A stretch of DNA of 64,000 bases, taken from IMG/VR virus record IMGVR_UViG_3300031753_000004, positions 1-64,000 of that record; one strand, written 5' to 3'. Numbering within the stretch: the stretch's first letter is position 1; every line of letters begins with the position of its first letter. This DNA is from a virus. Shown one piece after another: positions 37,064 through 45,670 of the stretch. The translations under genes were made by a program, and so were the position numbers. The notes under the pieces are model-generated. The model was given only the letters and a program-made list of their open reading frames with translations. It did not search any database and was not told the origin of the DNA.

Positions 37064-37543
37064 TTACAGTTTCTTCACCCAGGTCAAGTTGCTCCCCGCC
37101 ACCTGAGTCAGCACCTCCAGGCAGATAGCCCAAGGCTGTCCAGGCGTGGTACTGGCAGGGACAAGGATGCCTGTCTCTGCATCCTGCATGAGCACATCAC
37201 CTATGGCATAGGTGTTGCCCGTGCCGGCCACCTCGCCGAGCAGACAGTTGAGTTCGTCACCCGGTATGGGGTGGTAGAGGAAGCACCGGGCACCGCTGAC
37301 GTAGGCCGTGGTCATCGAGAGACCTTGCAGGAGATCCTCCCGCAAGACCGCACTGCCCTTGTTGAGACCGTCCGTGGCGCTGTTGGCCGCGATCCAGCTC
37401 CAGCGGCCGGAGCCAGACGACAGAGCGATGGTCGGGTCGATCTCCATAATGGTGCCTGGAGAGGACGTATCGAGGATCGTCCCCTCCTCGTAGTTCCCTC
37501 GGGCGTCGGCCGGGAACACAACGATTCGATTACCCCTTGCCAT
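37064..37543 (-). CDS. capsid decoration/cement protein
   Basis: Between protease and MCP; LREDLLQG...YVSG...PGDELN. Confidence 0.75.
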   Translation of the reverse strand: MARGNRIVVFPADARGNYEEGTILDTSSPGTIMEIDPTIALSSGSGRWSWIAANSATDGLNKGSAVLREDLLQGLSMTTAYVSGARCFLYHPIPGDELNCLLGEVAGTGNTYAIGDVLMQDAETGILVPASTTPGQPWAICLEVLTQVAGSNLTWVKKL

Positions 37544-37603
37544 TAGTTAGACTCCTCTTCTCTGTTCCGTATGGATAAGTCCCGAGCCTCACGGCAAGGG
37601 GGT

Positions 37604-38359
37604 TTACATCGCCTCTTTCTCAGGCTCGTGCTCCTCGTCCTCACCGCCCACGTCTTGACCAGCCGTGTCCTTGCCCGACTTGTTGCGGATGGACCGCCGA
37701 TAGATGCCGCCCGTGTGCTCGGCCGTCAGCGGGAGCACGTCGGCAGACTCGTTCTCAGTCAGGCCGTAGGAACCGGGACCACCCGCAGCCAGGCCGTAGT
37801 TGGCGACCGGATAGCTCTCGTCGAGGTAGTCTTCATTGGCCGTGGGGATCAGGCTCACAAGCAGGCGCAGCTCGCTGAGGTCCTTCTGCATGAATTGGTT
37901 GCCGATGGCTTGGCGGTCCTCGGGACGGACGTTAGTGATGAGCCTGGTGACGAGTTTGATCTTCTGCTCACGCACGGCTCGCAGGTTCTCCCTCGCCGCC
38001 TCCTTCACCGGGGCCGGTACGTTGGGGTCGTTGAACCAGGCGTTCATCACCGCGCGGGAGTTGCCCTTCGGCCCGTCCTTTTTCTCGATCTTGACCCCTT
38101 GCTCGTCGTACTCGTCCTCAATCTCCTTGTGCTTCTTGCCCTCGTCATCCACGGCTTGCCCCTGCTCGGGCTTCTCCTCGGTCATGACGTTGGTCTTAGC
38201 ATTGCCCACCGGAGCCTTGGCGATTTCCCCGAGCAGGCGCTTGAGTTCGTCGTCGCTCATCCGGTTGTAGGCGAGCTTGTCCTGCTCGCACGCGCAGTTG
38301 GCGGTCAGGAGCCGGAGCGCCTGCCCTCTGCTGTATCCGACTGTTCCGAAGTTAGGCAT
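37604..38359 (-). CDS. nested in-frame scaffold protein (internal start MPNFG)
   Basis: GGAACAGGAGACCACC-ATG, a strong internal RBS resembling those of other structural genes. Confidence 0.55.
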   Translation of the reverse strand: MPNFGTVGYSRGQALRLLTANCACEQDKLAYNRMSDDELKRLLGEIAKAPVGNAKTNVMTEEKPEQGQAVDDEGKKHKEIEDEYDEQGVKIEKKDGPKGNSRAVMNAWFNDPNVPAPVKEAARENLRAVREQKIKLVTRLITNVRPEDRQAIGNQFMQKDLSELRLLVSLIPTANEDYLDESYPVANYGLAAGGPGSYGLTENESADVLPLTAEHTGGIYRRSIRNKSGKDTAGQDVGGEDEEHEPEKEAM

Positions 38360-40039
38360 GGTGGTCTCCTGTTCCTGATTTCCGATCATCGACGCTTGAT
38401 GCAGACTCGCCGCCTTCCGGTGAAGCGCTGCCGCGTTATCGTGTTGGTCCGCTGTATTGGGGTCTTTGTTCTTGCGTGCATCCGTGGCCGCGTCCTCATG
38501 GGCCTCGGCCGCCTTGGTGTGGAAGCTGGCCGCCTTCTTGCTATTGCCTTCCTTGCTATGGTCCACTGCTGCCAGCGCCGGCTCGCGCGCCGGGGGATGC
38601 TCTGCCATGAGCGATGCACCAGCGGCTTGCTTGCTGGCGTCGTGCGCCGGTGGCACTGGGGGCGGATTGAACTGACTAGGCGGTCCCATAGGTATCCCCT
38701 GTGGTGCTTGGTTGTGTGCGCTCAAAGTGCTGATGTCCCCACCACTGCCACCGCCCAGTGTTGCTCCGGAGCTACCACCTCCAGCCCCACCAGCGAAGTT
38801 GTCCTCCAGAGCATCCTTTGCTTTGCCGCCCTTGAGCGCGGTTTCGTTCATCTTGTTCCACTCGTCGTTCGTGAGGTCGGTCTCATGGTGGGTCTCGGCA
38901 GGAGGCTTGGGATTGCCTGGGACGTACTGTTGATCTAGTGCCAGAGGCTTCTCGGGGTGCTCATCTCCGTACCAGCCTCCGTAGCCATCCTTCGCGGCCT
39001 CATGCACGTCGCCCTTTCCTGTTCCGGCCCCGTGTTCCATGTACTGCCCCGTCTCTGGGTGCTGAGGGTTGCCGTACTTGCCGGCGTTGACGCTGAACCA
39101 ATCCATGAAGCGCTCGAGGAGAGTCTTGGGCATGGCATTAACGGCAGGACTATGGGCTTTTGCAGCAGCCATGTGAAGTTCCGCCGCCTTGGTGTGTAAT
39201 GCTGCCGCCGCCGGGTAGCCCATCTCGGTTTCCCTAGCCGCTGCTGCCGTATGGAGCTTGGCCGTGTCCTCGTGGGCTGCTTTAGCAGACCCATGCTGCT
39301 GCTTATCCGAAGCCATCAGCGCGTGAGTTGATGAGCGAGCGGTGTATTCGGCATCGACGTTCGTCTTGGCTTTGTCTAGCTTGTGGCTATCTGCCTCCAT
39401 CGTTGCTTGATGGGCATGTTTGGTAGCCGTACTAGGACGAGGCCCAGACCCAGGACCACCGTTCACCATCACCCCGCAACCCTGCTCGTTGGAACAAGCG
39501 CCCTTCTGGTCGGGAAGTATGGCGATGTGATCGGGGCGGTAGTTGCGCGCCGTGAACTCATAGGGGGTGCCGTTGTGAGTGGTGCCTTCCGGCACCGCTT
39601 CGTTGTCTGTGAAGAGCCCGGTCGATAGTTCAATGGGCTTGTTCTTGAGCAGGCGCGGCAGAATTGGCTCAACGCCGCGATTCACCAGCTTGTTGTCTAC
39701 CTGTCGCGTCTTCTCTTCATCGAACCAGCCTTCGCTGAGCATCTTCCCGTTGATGTGCGTCTTCCGGTTAAAGCCGATGCCCCAGTTCTGGATGATGCCG
39801 GGGTCGCGCGCGGAGACATGCCTACCCTGAGAATCGGTAGGATGCCACACCACCAAGGGCATGTAATCCCATGCCTTGTAGCTGTTGCGAGTCTCGCGCT
39901 CTGGGTAGAACAGCGGCCCCTGGCTGCCGTGTAGCACGCCGTTCAGCGGCAGAAGAGACATGGGGGCGACAAGGAAGCTGCGGCCGTTCAGAGTTTCACG
40001 CCGTACCTTGCCAGCCAGGTTGACCGAGAAAATCTCCAT
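37604..40039 (-). CDS. DUF2213-family prohead protease fused to inserted modules and scaffold
   Basis: VLHG..LFYP, PLVVWHP, IELSTGLF, RNYRPDHIAILPDQKGACS..GCG. Confidence 0.85.
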   Translation of the reverse strand: MEIFSVNLAGKVRRETLNGRSFLVAPMSLLPLNGVLHGSQGPLFYPERETRNSYKAWDYMPLVVWHPTDSQGRHVSARDPGIIQNWGIGFNRKTHINGKMLSEGWFDEEKTRQVDNKLVNRGVEPILPRLLKNKPIELSTGLFTDNEAVPEGTTHNGTPYEFTARNYRPDHIAILPDQKGACSNEQGCGVMVNGGPGSGPRPSTATKHAHQATMEADSHKLDKAKTNVDAEYTARSSTHALMASDKQQHGSAKAAHEDTAKLHTAAAARETEMGYPAAAALHTKAAELHMAAAKAHSPAVNAMPKTLLERFMDWFSVNAGKYGNPQHPETGQYMEHGAGTGKGDVHEAAKDGYGGWYGDEHPEKPLALDQQYVPGNPKPPAETHHETDLTNDEWNKMNETALKGGKAKDALEDNFAGGAGGGSSGATLGGGSGGDISTLSAHNQAPQGIPMGPPSQFNPPPVPPAHDASKQAAGASLMAEHPPAREPALAAVDHSKEGNSKKAASFHTKAAEAHEDAATDARKNKDPNTADQHDNAAALHRKAASLHQASMIGNQEQETTMPNFGTVGYSRGQALRLLTANCACEQDKLAYNRMSDDELKRLLGEIAKAPVGNAKTNVMTEEKPEQGQAVDDEGKKHKEIEDEYDEQGVKIEKKDGPKGNSRAVMNAWFNDPNVPAPVKEAARENLRAVREQKIKLVTRLITNVRPEDRQAIGNQFMQKDLSELRLLVSLIPTANEDYLDESYPVANYGLAAGGPGSYGLTENESADVLPLTAEHTGGIYRRSIRNKSGKDTAGQDVGGEDEEHEPEKEAM

Positions 40040-40123
40040 CTGCTATGAAACGTAACCGTGCATTGGGCACGGTGACATAGCAACGCCCAAAGTATTTACG
40101 GGGGTTAAGACGAGAGAAGTGAG

Positions 40124-40375
40124 CTACTCGACCGCCTTGACATGCTGGTAGTAGGTGAACCCATCAATGATTACCACTGCGATGGTCTCACCGTTGGGAC
40201 GTAGCTTGCGCCTGATACTGGAGAGGTGTGGGCGAATGTTGATTAGTCGGCCCATGTCGTCTGGTAGGCAGGCGTGGAGGTCGGCCTTGGTGTGGAGACG
40301 GCCGTCTCTGAGGAGTTGGAGCATCAGTCTTTCTGTAGGCGTGAATCCGTTCGCGCTAATCGGTCGGCTCCTCAT
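40124..40375 (-). CDS. stand-alone winged-helix DNA-binding protein (OmpR C-terminal-like)
   Basis: FTPTERLMLQLL...LINIRPHLSSIRRKL. Confidence 0.65.
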   Translation of the reverse strand: MRSRPISANGFTPTERLMLQLLRDGRLHTKADLHACLPDDMGRLINIRPHLSSIRRKLRPNGETIAVVIIDGFTYYQHVKAVE

Positions 40376-40667
40376 CCGGCACTTGCGAGTAGTGCAAGTC
40401 GTCATGATGGAAAAGCGGCTGACGTTTAGCAGCCCTCTCCTCCAGTACACGGATCTTTGCTTCGGTCCCAGGGATAGCTCTCACCGGCCACGTAGGGACC
40501 GTGCTCATCTCCCCGCCGTAGTCGTTGCATCGTTCGCCTTTGCATGACTTGGCGACTCGTGGATACAGCACGCGAATCTCAACGCGCCGGTAGCAGCGCC
40601 AGCACAGGCCGCGTGACTCGGTTCCGGGTAGTCTCCGGCAGTGGCGGCAGTAGGGGATGGTGTTCAT
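40356..40667 (-). CDS. small Zn-binding hypothetical protein
   Basis: CRHC...RGLCWRCY...PGTEAKIRVLEERA...LFHHDD. Confidence 0.7.
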   Translation of the reverse strand: MNTIPYCRHCRRLPGTESRGLCWRCYRRVEIRVLYPRVAKSCKGERCNDYGGEMSTVPTWPVRAIPGTEAKIRVLEERAAKRQPLFHHDDLHYSQVPDEEPTD

Positions 40668-43600
40668 AGGATTCCCTCCGGCGCATCGCTGGCCTCGAAG
40701 TCATCTAGACTCTTGGCTCCAGACTTCTCGGCAGCTTCCTCAATGTCTTCCTTGGTTCGCTTTTGATCTGAGTCGTCTTCGCCCACGTTGGCCGGCAAAA
40801 ATGCGCATCTACAGTTCACGTGCGCCGGGATCATTCCGTGAGCATCATCGATGCTTAGCACAACCCCTTCCATCGGCGAACATTCTTCGCAATTATGGAC
40901 AAGCACACCATTAGCGTAAAACTCCTCTTCATCTTCCACCTGGATGTTGTAGACTGGAAGTGGAATACCAAGCAGTGAATGACCTATTACATCGCTTTCA
41001 GTCAAGAGAGCATAACAATGCCGTTTGAGTTCACGTGCCCCACTTGCAGCACAAGTTTTTATCGACGCACTAAGGGACTCTATCGTGGAGTGAAGAAGCG
41101 CTATTGCTCGTTCGCGTGTTCCCTCAAAGGCAGGAGGGAGGGTGGCTTTAAGTTCGTCTGCGACCAGTGCGGCAAGACATTCAAGAGTCATACTGCGACT
41201 CAAAAGGCCTCCTGCTCTCGCCGGTTCTGTTCCCATCGGTGCTATTCGCTGGCCCGCCGCAATGGTGCCGAACATCCTTGCCCGATTTGTGGGAAGAAGA
41301 TCCATCGGTGGGCTAGTTCTATCGTCAAAGGCGATCGGCGCTTCTGCTCCAGATCTTGTTACGAGTCCTCTAGGCAAAACGAGGTCGCTAAGGTCTGCCT
41401 CGGCTGCGGTAAGTCCTTCACTGTCAATGGCTCTACTTCCGACCGATACGCATATTGTTCGGTCAAGTGCCGGGTCAAAACCAAGGGAGGCGAATACAGA
41501 CGGTGCCGGTCCTGCGGAAAGCGAATCCTTTTGGGCGGCTGTGATAAACGCCGTGGCAATATGAGGAAACATTGCTCCGAAGAGTGTCGCCGTCCTCCAG
41601 TTATCCAGAAGTGCGTCACCTGCGGCACTGAATTTAGGAGAGTTCCATCCAACACCAAGAGGCGCTTTTGCTCGTTCGCTTGCTACCGTCGCTCGCGCCA
41701 TGAAACCTCTCTTGAGCGAATGGTACGGCTCGCACTTGACAGGCTCGGCATCGCTTACATCCAAGAGGCACGAGTCGGCCGGTTCTCTGTGGACTTCTTG
41801 CTCCCACACACGATGGTCGCTATTGAGGCCGACGGCACCTACTGGCATCGAAACACCGAGAGGGACGCCAGGAAGAATACGTGCCTCTCCCGCTTGGGAT
41901 GGCGCGTCTACCGAATCACCGAAGCGGAAGTTAATAATGCCAAGGATGTCGGCAAGCTCATTTCCGACCGTCTGCAATGTCTGTTCTAACCGAAGTTTCC
42001 CGGCCGCTGTCCATCCTTGTTCCGAAGTCCAGAACGGGTGATTGGCGGTCGATGTGTTCCTGCCGACCGCTGTGAGTACGGTCGTCATCGGTCCTTCGTA
42101 GTCTCTCACGAACGTCTTGAGAACCGCACGCCAGCCGCCTCTTGTCCTCACTTTCATGCCGACCAGTATGTCTTGGATCGGCACTTCGCCTTCCTCCGTC
42201 TCGACCAGAGTCCACGCTGGAAAACACACATGGTCGTCCCCTGCCGTGCTCCACTCGACCGCTACGCCGACCTCTTGCACTCCCAGGTCTTCCATTGCGT
42301 CAAGCTGCCCTTCGGCGTGGGCTCGGATAATCTCCGTGCGTGCAACCGCTTCCGCCCTCACCTCCGAAAATCCAACCTCGTCCTCCAGGTCGCCAGCAAT
42401 CTCCAAGGGATGCTTTCCTTGCACTAATCCATCTGTGAGGGCTCTGCTGCACTTATTCGACATATCCTCCGTCACGTTCTTCAGCTCATCGAACGTGCGG
42501 TCAGCCAGAAGCCGCACTTTCTCAATCGACTCCGGCTGCGCGAAAGACGACCGCAGGAACTCTTCGCGCGTGCCCCGGTAGAAGTCGCTCACCGACTGTT
42601 GCGCCTCAGCCGTGAATAGCTCGGGATGCTCCTTGCCCAGCTTGGACATTCGCACATCGTCAAACGCTCTGCCGGCGCCTTTGGCGAAGCCTTCTTGGAT
42701 GTATCGCTTCCAGCGCTCCTCTTCGGTTTCGTTGCTGATGAGGGAGAACGTCTGCCGCTTGAGCCACGCCTGGAATGCCTTCACCTTGTCGGTGGGATCG
42801 TGGAACATCCAGCGGGTGTTGACTACCAGCGAGTATGTTCCTTCGACGTGGCGGAAGGGAACCTCAACGGTTCTGAACTCTCTGGCGTTGGTAGTCAACA
42901 TCGGCTTCGGATGCTTCTCGTACAAGTCGTGCGCCAGGTCAATAGCCTGCATCACCCCGCCCGTCTCGTCCAATGCCGCCGACAAGAGAGCGTAGTACCA
43001 ATCGTTGAACCCGTGCGCCTCGAGCGCCATAGCCACGGTCGCAGCGTTCTCTTGCTCCGAGTTGTGGATGAGGTATCGCTTGACACCACCGCTCACCTTG
43101 CCGGCCGCCTCTTTGACGAGCCCGGTAGCAGCACGGATTGTGGCCAGCGGATCGCGGGCCGTCGAATACGCCAGATATCCCACCGAGGCCACAGGCAGAG
43201 TCCCGGTCACTAGCGCGGGCAGATGGGCCGCATGGACGCCTGCTATGGCGCTGAACTTAAACGCCTCGAATGTGCCGAGGTCGATCTTGCTGAGCACCCC
43301 TCGGAGTTGCTTGGCCTGCTCTGGAGTATGGCCACGCTCTCGCGCTGTCCTCTCGGCGAGCGCCTGCGTGGACGTGAAGACTGCGAACGCGGCAGAGATC
43401 CCCATCTTGCCGGCGTAGGCTAGCGGGCCGTAGGTGGCATTCACCGCGTGGGGTAAGTGATCTGGCAGGCTTGATACCGCTTTACCAATGCCGTCTGCTG
43501 CGTAGGACTTGGCAAGGTGCTCGATATGGGCAGCGCCGGTGCCTACTGCCTTCAGGCCGGTAAGCATGCCGGAGAAGGAGATCCTACCTTCGCCTTCAAG

Positions 43601-44545
43601 AGAACCGAACTCGCCGCCTTCGCCCCATCTGCCGTGTTCGTCGCGGGGCTGGTCTGGGCTCCAATTCCGAATGACTTGATCCCTGATTGGCATTCCTGTT
43701 CCGCTGCCACCTATCCAATGCTTGAAGGCCGACATGGTGACGGCCTTCATCCCGTCGAACCCGGTCCAGCCCTCCGAGTAGTTATCGTGATAGGCTTTCT
43801 TGGCGTCCTTCGCATTCGTGAAGCCGACCATGCACTTGTGCTCGTCGAACGTACCGTCCTGCCGCTTCTGGTCGATGATGAACACGACCTCGCTCTCTGG
43901 GTGCGGACCTAGAAACACGTCCACATGGTCACCGTCCGCCTCGCTCTCAGTCCTCTTGATGTAGCCGTAGTGGTGGGCCATTCGCTGGACGTAGCTCTTG
44001 CCCCGGCGAAGGTTGCCGGCCGCTACCTCTATGGTGATCGGAAGCCCCTGGACCGTGACATGGCCCTTGCGGTAGTTGCCCGCCTCTTTCTGCTCGGGTG
44101 ATGGGTCGGGGTCGGCCTCACTTGCTGCCGCCTCAATCGCCGCTCGTAGATCGCGGTTTACCGTAAACGGCTCTCGCTCCTTCAGCCCGAAGGCGTCCTC
44201 GTCCACCAAAAGCTTGACGATCCTACCCTTGAGGAGCGCAAACTGCCGCTTGATCTTGGCACAGAACGCCCGGCGCATCGTCACAGTTTTTGTCGGATCA
44301 AGGCGCGATGCCTTGACGCTCGGCTTCTTCTTGGCCTTTTTGTTGGCGCGGAGTTTCAGCTTGTTTGTGGCGATGCGGTTCGGTTTGCGCTTGGGGAGCT
44401 TCTTGCCCTTTGGAGTGTGCTCCTCCCAGCGCTTGGCCATAGCGGGATCGTTGGCGTGCATCCATGCGCGCTGTTTTTCAGATACAAACGGGTTCACCGT
44501 CAGGGCGTTGGCCGTCGGTCGGCGCTTCTTGGGTCGGACTTTCAT
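40664..44545 (-). CDS. MuF/SPP1 gp7-family minor head protein, modular, with InPase domain and an intein
   Basis: DPTKT..MRR, YIQEGFAKG, RAEAVARTEIIRAHAEGQL, WSTAGDDHV|C..C, IPAHVNCRCAF; start at MKVRPKK. Confidence 0.9.
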   Translation of the reverse strand: MKVRPKKRRPTANALTVNPFVSEKQRAWMHANDPAMAKRWEEHTPKGKKLPKRKPNRIATNKLKLRANKKAKKKPSVKASRLDPTKTVTMRRAFCAKIKRQFALLKGRIVKLLVDEDAFGLKEREPFTVNRDLRAAIEAAASEADPDPSPEQKEAGNYRKGHVTVQGLPITIEVAAGNLRRGKSYVQRMAHHYGYIKRTESEADGDHVDVFLGPHPESEVVFIIDQKRQDGTFDEHKCMVGFTNAKDAKKAYHDNYSEGWTGFDGMKAVTMSAFKHWIGGSGTGMPIRDQVIRNWSPDQPRDEHGRWGEGGEFGSLEGEGRISFSGMLTGLKAVGTGAAHIEHLAKSYAADGIGKAVSSLPDHLPHAVNATYGPLAYAGKMGISAAFAVFTSTQALAERTARERGHTPEQAKQLRGVLSKIDLGTFEAFKFSAIAGVHAAHLPALVTGTLPVASVGYLAYSTARDPLATIRAATGLVKEAAGKVSGGVKRYLIHNSEQENAATVAMALEAHGFNDWYYALLSAALDETGGVMQAIDLAHDLYEKHPKPMLTTNAREFRTVEVPFRHVEGTYSLVVNTRWMFHDPTDKVKAFQAWLKRQTFSLISNETEEERWKRYIQEGFAKGAGRAFDDVRMSKLGKEHPELFTAEAQQSVSDFYRGTREEFLRSSFAQPESIEKVRLLADRTFDELKNVTEDMSNKCSRALTDGLVQGKHPLEIAGDLEDEVGFSEVRAEAVARTEIIRAHAEGQLDAMEDLGVQEVGVAVEWSTAGDDHVCFPAWTLVETEEGEVPIQDILVGMKVRTRGGWRAVLKTFVRDYEGPMTTVLTAVGRNTSTANHPFWTSEQGWTAAGKLRLEQTLQTVGNELADILGIINFRFGDSVDAPSQAGEARILPGVPLGVSMPVGAVGLNSDHRVWEQEVHREPADSCLLDVSDAEPVKCEPYHSLKRGFMARATVASERAKAPLGVGWNSPKFSAAGDALLDNWRTATLFGAMFPHIATAFITAAQKDSLSAGPAPSVFASLGFDPALDRTICVSVGSRAIDSEGLTAAEADLSDLVLPRGLVTRSGAEAPIAFDDRTSPPMDLLPTNRARMFGTIAAGQRIAPMGTEPARAGGLLSRSMTLECLAALVADELKATLPPAFEGTRERAIALLHSTIESLSASIKTCAASGARELKRHCYALLTESDVIGHSLLGIPLPVYNIQVEDEEEFYANGVLVHNCEECSPMEGVVLSIDDAHGMIPAHVNCRCAFLPANVGEDDSDQKRTKEDIEEAAEKSGAKSLDDFEASDAPEGIL
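40892..42226 (-). mobile_element. intein (445 aa) in the MuF V-C-x-x-C motif
   Basis: Block A CFPAWTLV, block B TSTANHPFW, block F PVYNIQVE, block G YANGVLVHN followed by extein Cys. Confidence 0.93.
41018..41989 (+). CDS. zinc-finger-repeat DUF559/Vsr-like endonuclease nested antisense within the intein
   Basis: Six CxxC...(F/Y/H)CSxxC units, then ETSLE...QEARVGRFSVDFLL...IEADGTYWH...RD.RKN..L...GWRVYRITE; AAGAGAG before ATG. Confidence 0.9.
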   Translation: MPFEFTCPTCSTSFYRRTKGLYRGVKKRYCSFACSLKGRREGGFKFVCDQCGKTFKSHTATQKASCSRRFCSHRCYSLARRNGAEHPCPICGKKIHRWASSIVKGDRRFCSRSCYESSRQNEVAKVCLGCGKSFTVNGSTSDRYAYCSVKCRVKTKGGEYRRCRSCGKRILLGGCDKRRGNMRKHCSEECRRPPVIQKCVTCGTEFRRVPSNTKRRFCSFACYRRSRHETSLERMVRLALDRLGIAYIQEARVGRFSVDFLLPHTMVAIEADGTYWHRNTERDARKNTCLSRLGWRVYRITEAEVNNAKDVGKLISDRLQCLF

Positions 44546-44669
44546 TTCTTGTCCTTGAGCAGGTCCCGTATCTGCCGCAGATAGGCGGAGATGTTGCACA
44601 GAACCAAGAATGACAACACGGCCAGGGTCGCCTTTGCCCACTCATCAAGCAGGTTTTCGTATGCTCCAA

Positions 44670-45023
44670 TCATCGTTGTCTGCTCCTCAGCAACTCCTCA
44701 ATATCGCCAAGATCATCTTTGAGCCACTGTTTGACGCCTCGGAACGCCTCAAGCGCCTCCGGGCTGTTGACCGTCACCCAGCGCAGTTCGCTCCGTCTCC
44801 AGTCTGGCTTGTCCTTACCGAGAAAGAACTGGCCCTCTACCCGCCTCCGCAGATCCATGCTGTCAAGAATGTACTCCAGCTTGACATCCTTTTTATGGAG
44901 ATTGCACACTCCCTCCAGCATCAGGTAGTAGGGACGCTCCTTGTTGGGGTCCAGAGGGCGAGCGTGGTACACCCTCAGCTGGACATTCCACTCGGCCGGC
45001 TTGGGGCAGAAGAAGCATTTCAT
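44670..45023 (-). CDS. hypothetical protein
   Basis: MKCFFC...VCNLH. Confidence 0.6.
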   Translation of the reverse strand: MKCFFCPKPAEWNVQLRVYHARPLDPNKERPYYLMLEGVCNLHKKDVKLEYILDSMDLRRRVEGQFFLGKDKPDWRRSELRWVTVNSPEALEAFRGVKQWLKDDLGDIEELLRSRQR

Positions 45024-45028
45024 TTCTC

Positions 45029-45430
45029 TTAGTCCTTGTCTTTGACGCGAGCCATTGCCCACGGTGCCGACGTGTCTTGCTCCCAGTGGTCGTCTCTCCG
45101 CCAGTAGAAGCGACTACTCTTGCTGTAGTAAGCGGCCACCACGCCACGGGTAGGGCTGTACTGGTAGTATAGGTCTTCGCCCATGTGCCGCCAGGTGAAA
45201 TCGTTGGTCGGCAAAAGGTAGCGGGGCTGCTCGCCACCATACCCAAAACGAAGCGCTCCAGGTCCAAGCGGAGCCAAGCGAACACCGTTTCTCTGGTCTT
45301 GTTCGGCGTAGGTCCATCCTCCACCCGCGTAGGGAGATTGCGAAGCCTCCGGGCAGCACGGCCTTGGCTGCTGAGCAGGGGAGATGCTAAGACACAGGGT
45401 CGTCAAAACTATCCCAATGGCCGCTCTCAT
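45029..45430 (-). CDS. secreted hypothetical protein
   Basis: GGAGG RBS, signal peptide MRAAIGIVLTTLCLSISPA. Confidence 0.7.
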   Translation of the reverse strand: MRAAIGIVLTTLCLSISPAQQPRPCCPEASQSPYAGGGWTYAEQDQRNGVRLAPLGPGALRFGYGGEQPRYLLPTNDFTWRHMGEDLYYQYSPTRGVVAAYYSKSSRFYWRRDDHWEQDTSAPWAMARVKDKD

Positions 45431-45446
45431 TTGTGTGACCTCCGCT

Positions 45447-45665
45447 TCATGGTCCCCTGAATCCTCTCTTGGCTGCCTCGGCCACGGTCTCAGGCTTCTT
45501 AGGAGTGCAAACCACCTGCCACCTGTATCCCTCGCCCTTCGCTAGCACACTGACGGAGACGCTATCGGCCAGGTCTCCCAGCGCATGCTGAACGTGCTGG
45601 GCTACATCAGCCGCCCTGCCATCAGCGCCAGATTCTACGATGATCGTTGCCTCGATGATTTTCAT
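45447..45665 (-). CDS. hypothetical protein
   Basis: Directly after portal. Confidence 0.6.
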   Translation of the reverse strand: MKIIEATIIVESGADGRAADVAQHVQHALGDLADSVSVSVLAKGEGYRWQVVCTPKKPETVAEAAKRGFRGP

Positions 45666-45670
45666 AGGAA

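Noticed and set aside
37571-38938. 455-aa plus-strand ORF (also 35709..36737 and 28537..29484)
   Set aside because: Antisense shadows of clear minus-strand genes with no protein motifs, unlike 41018..41989 which has a coherent domain architecture.
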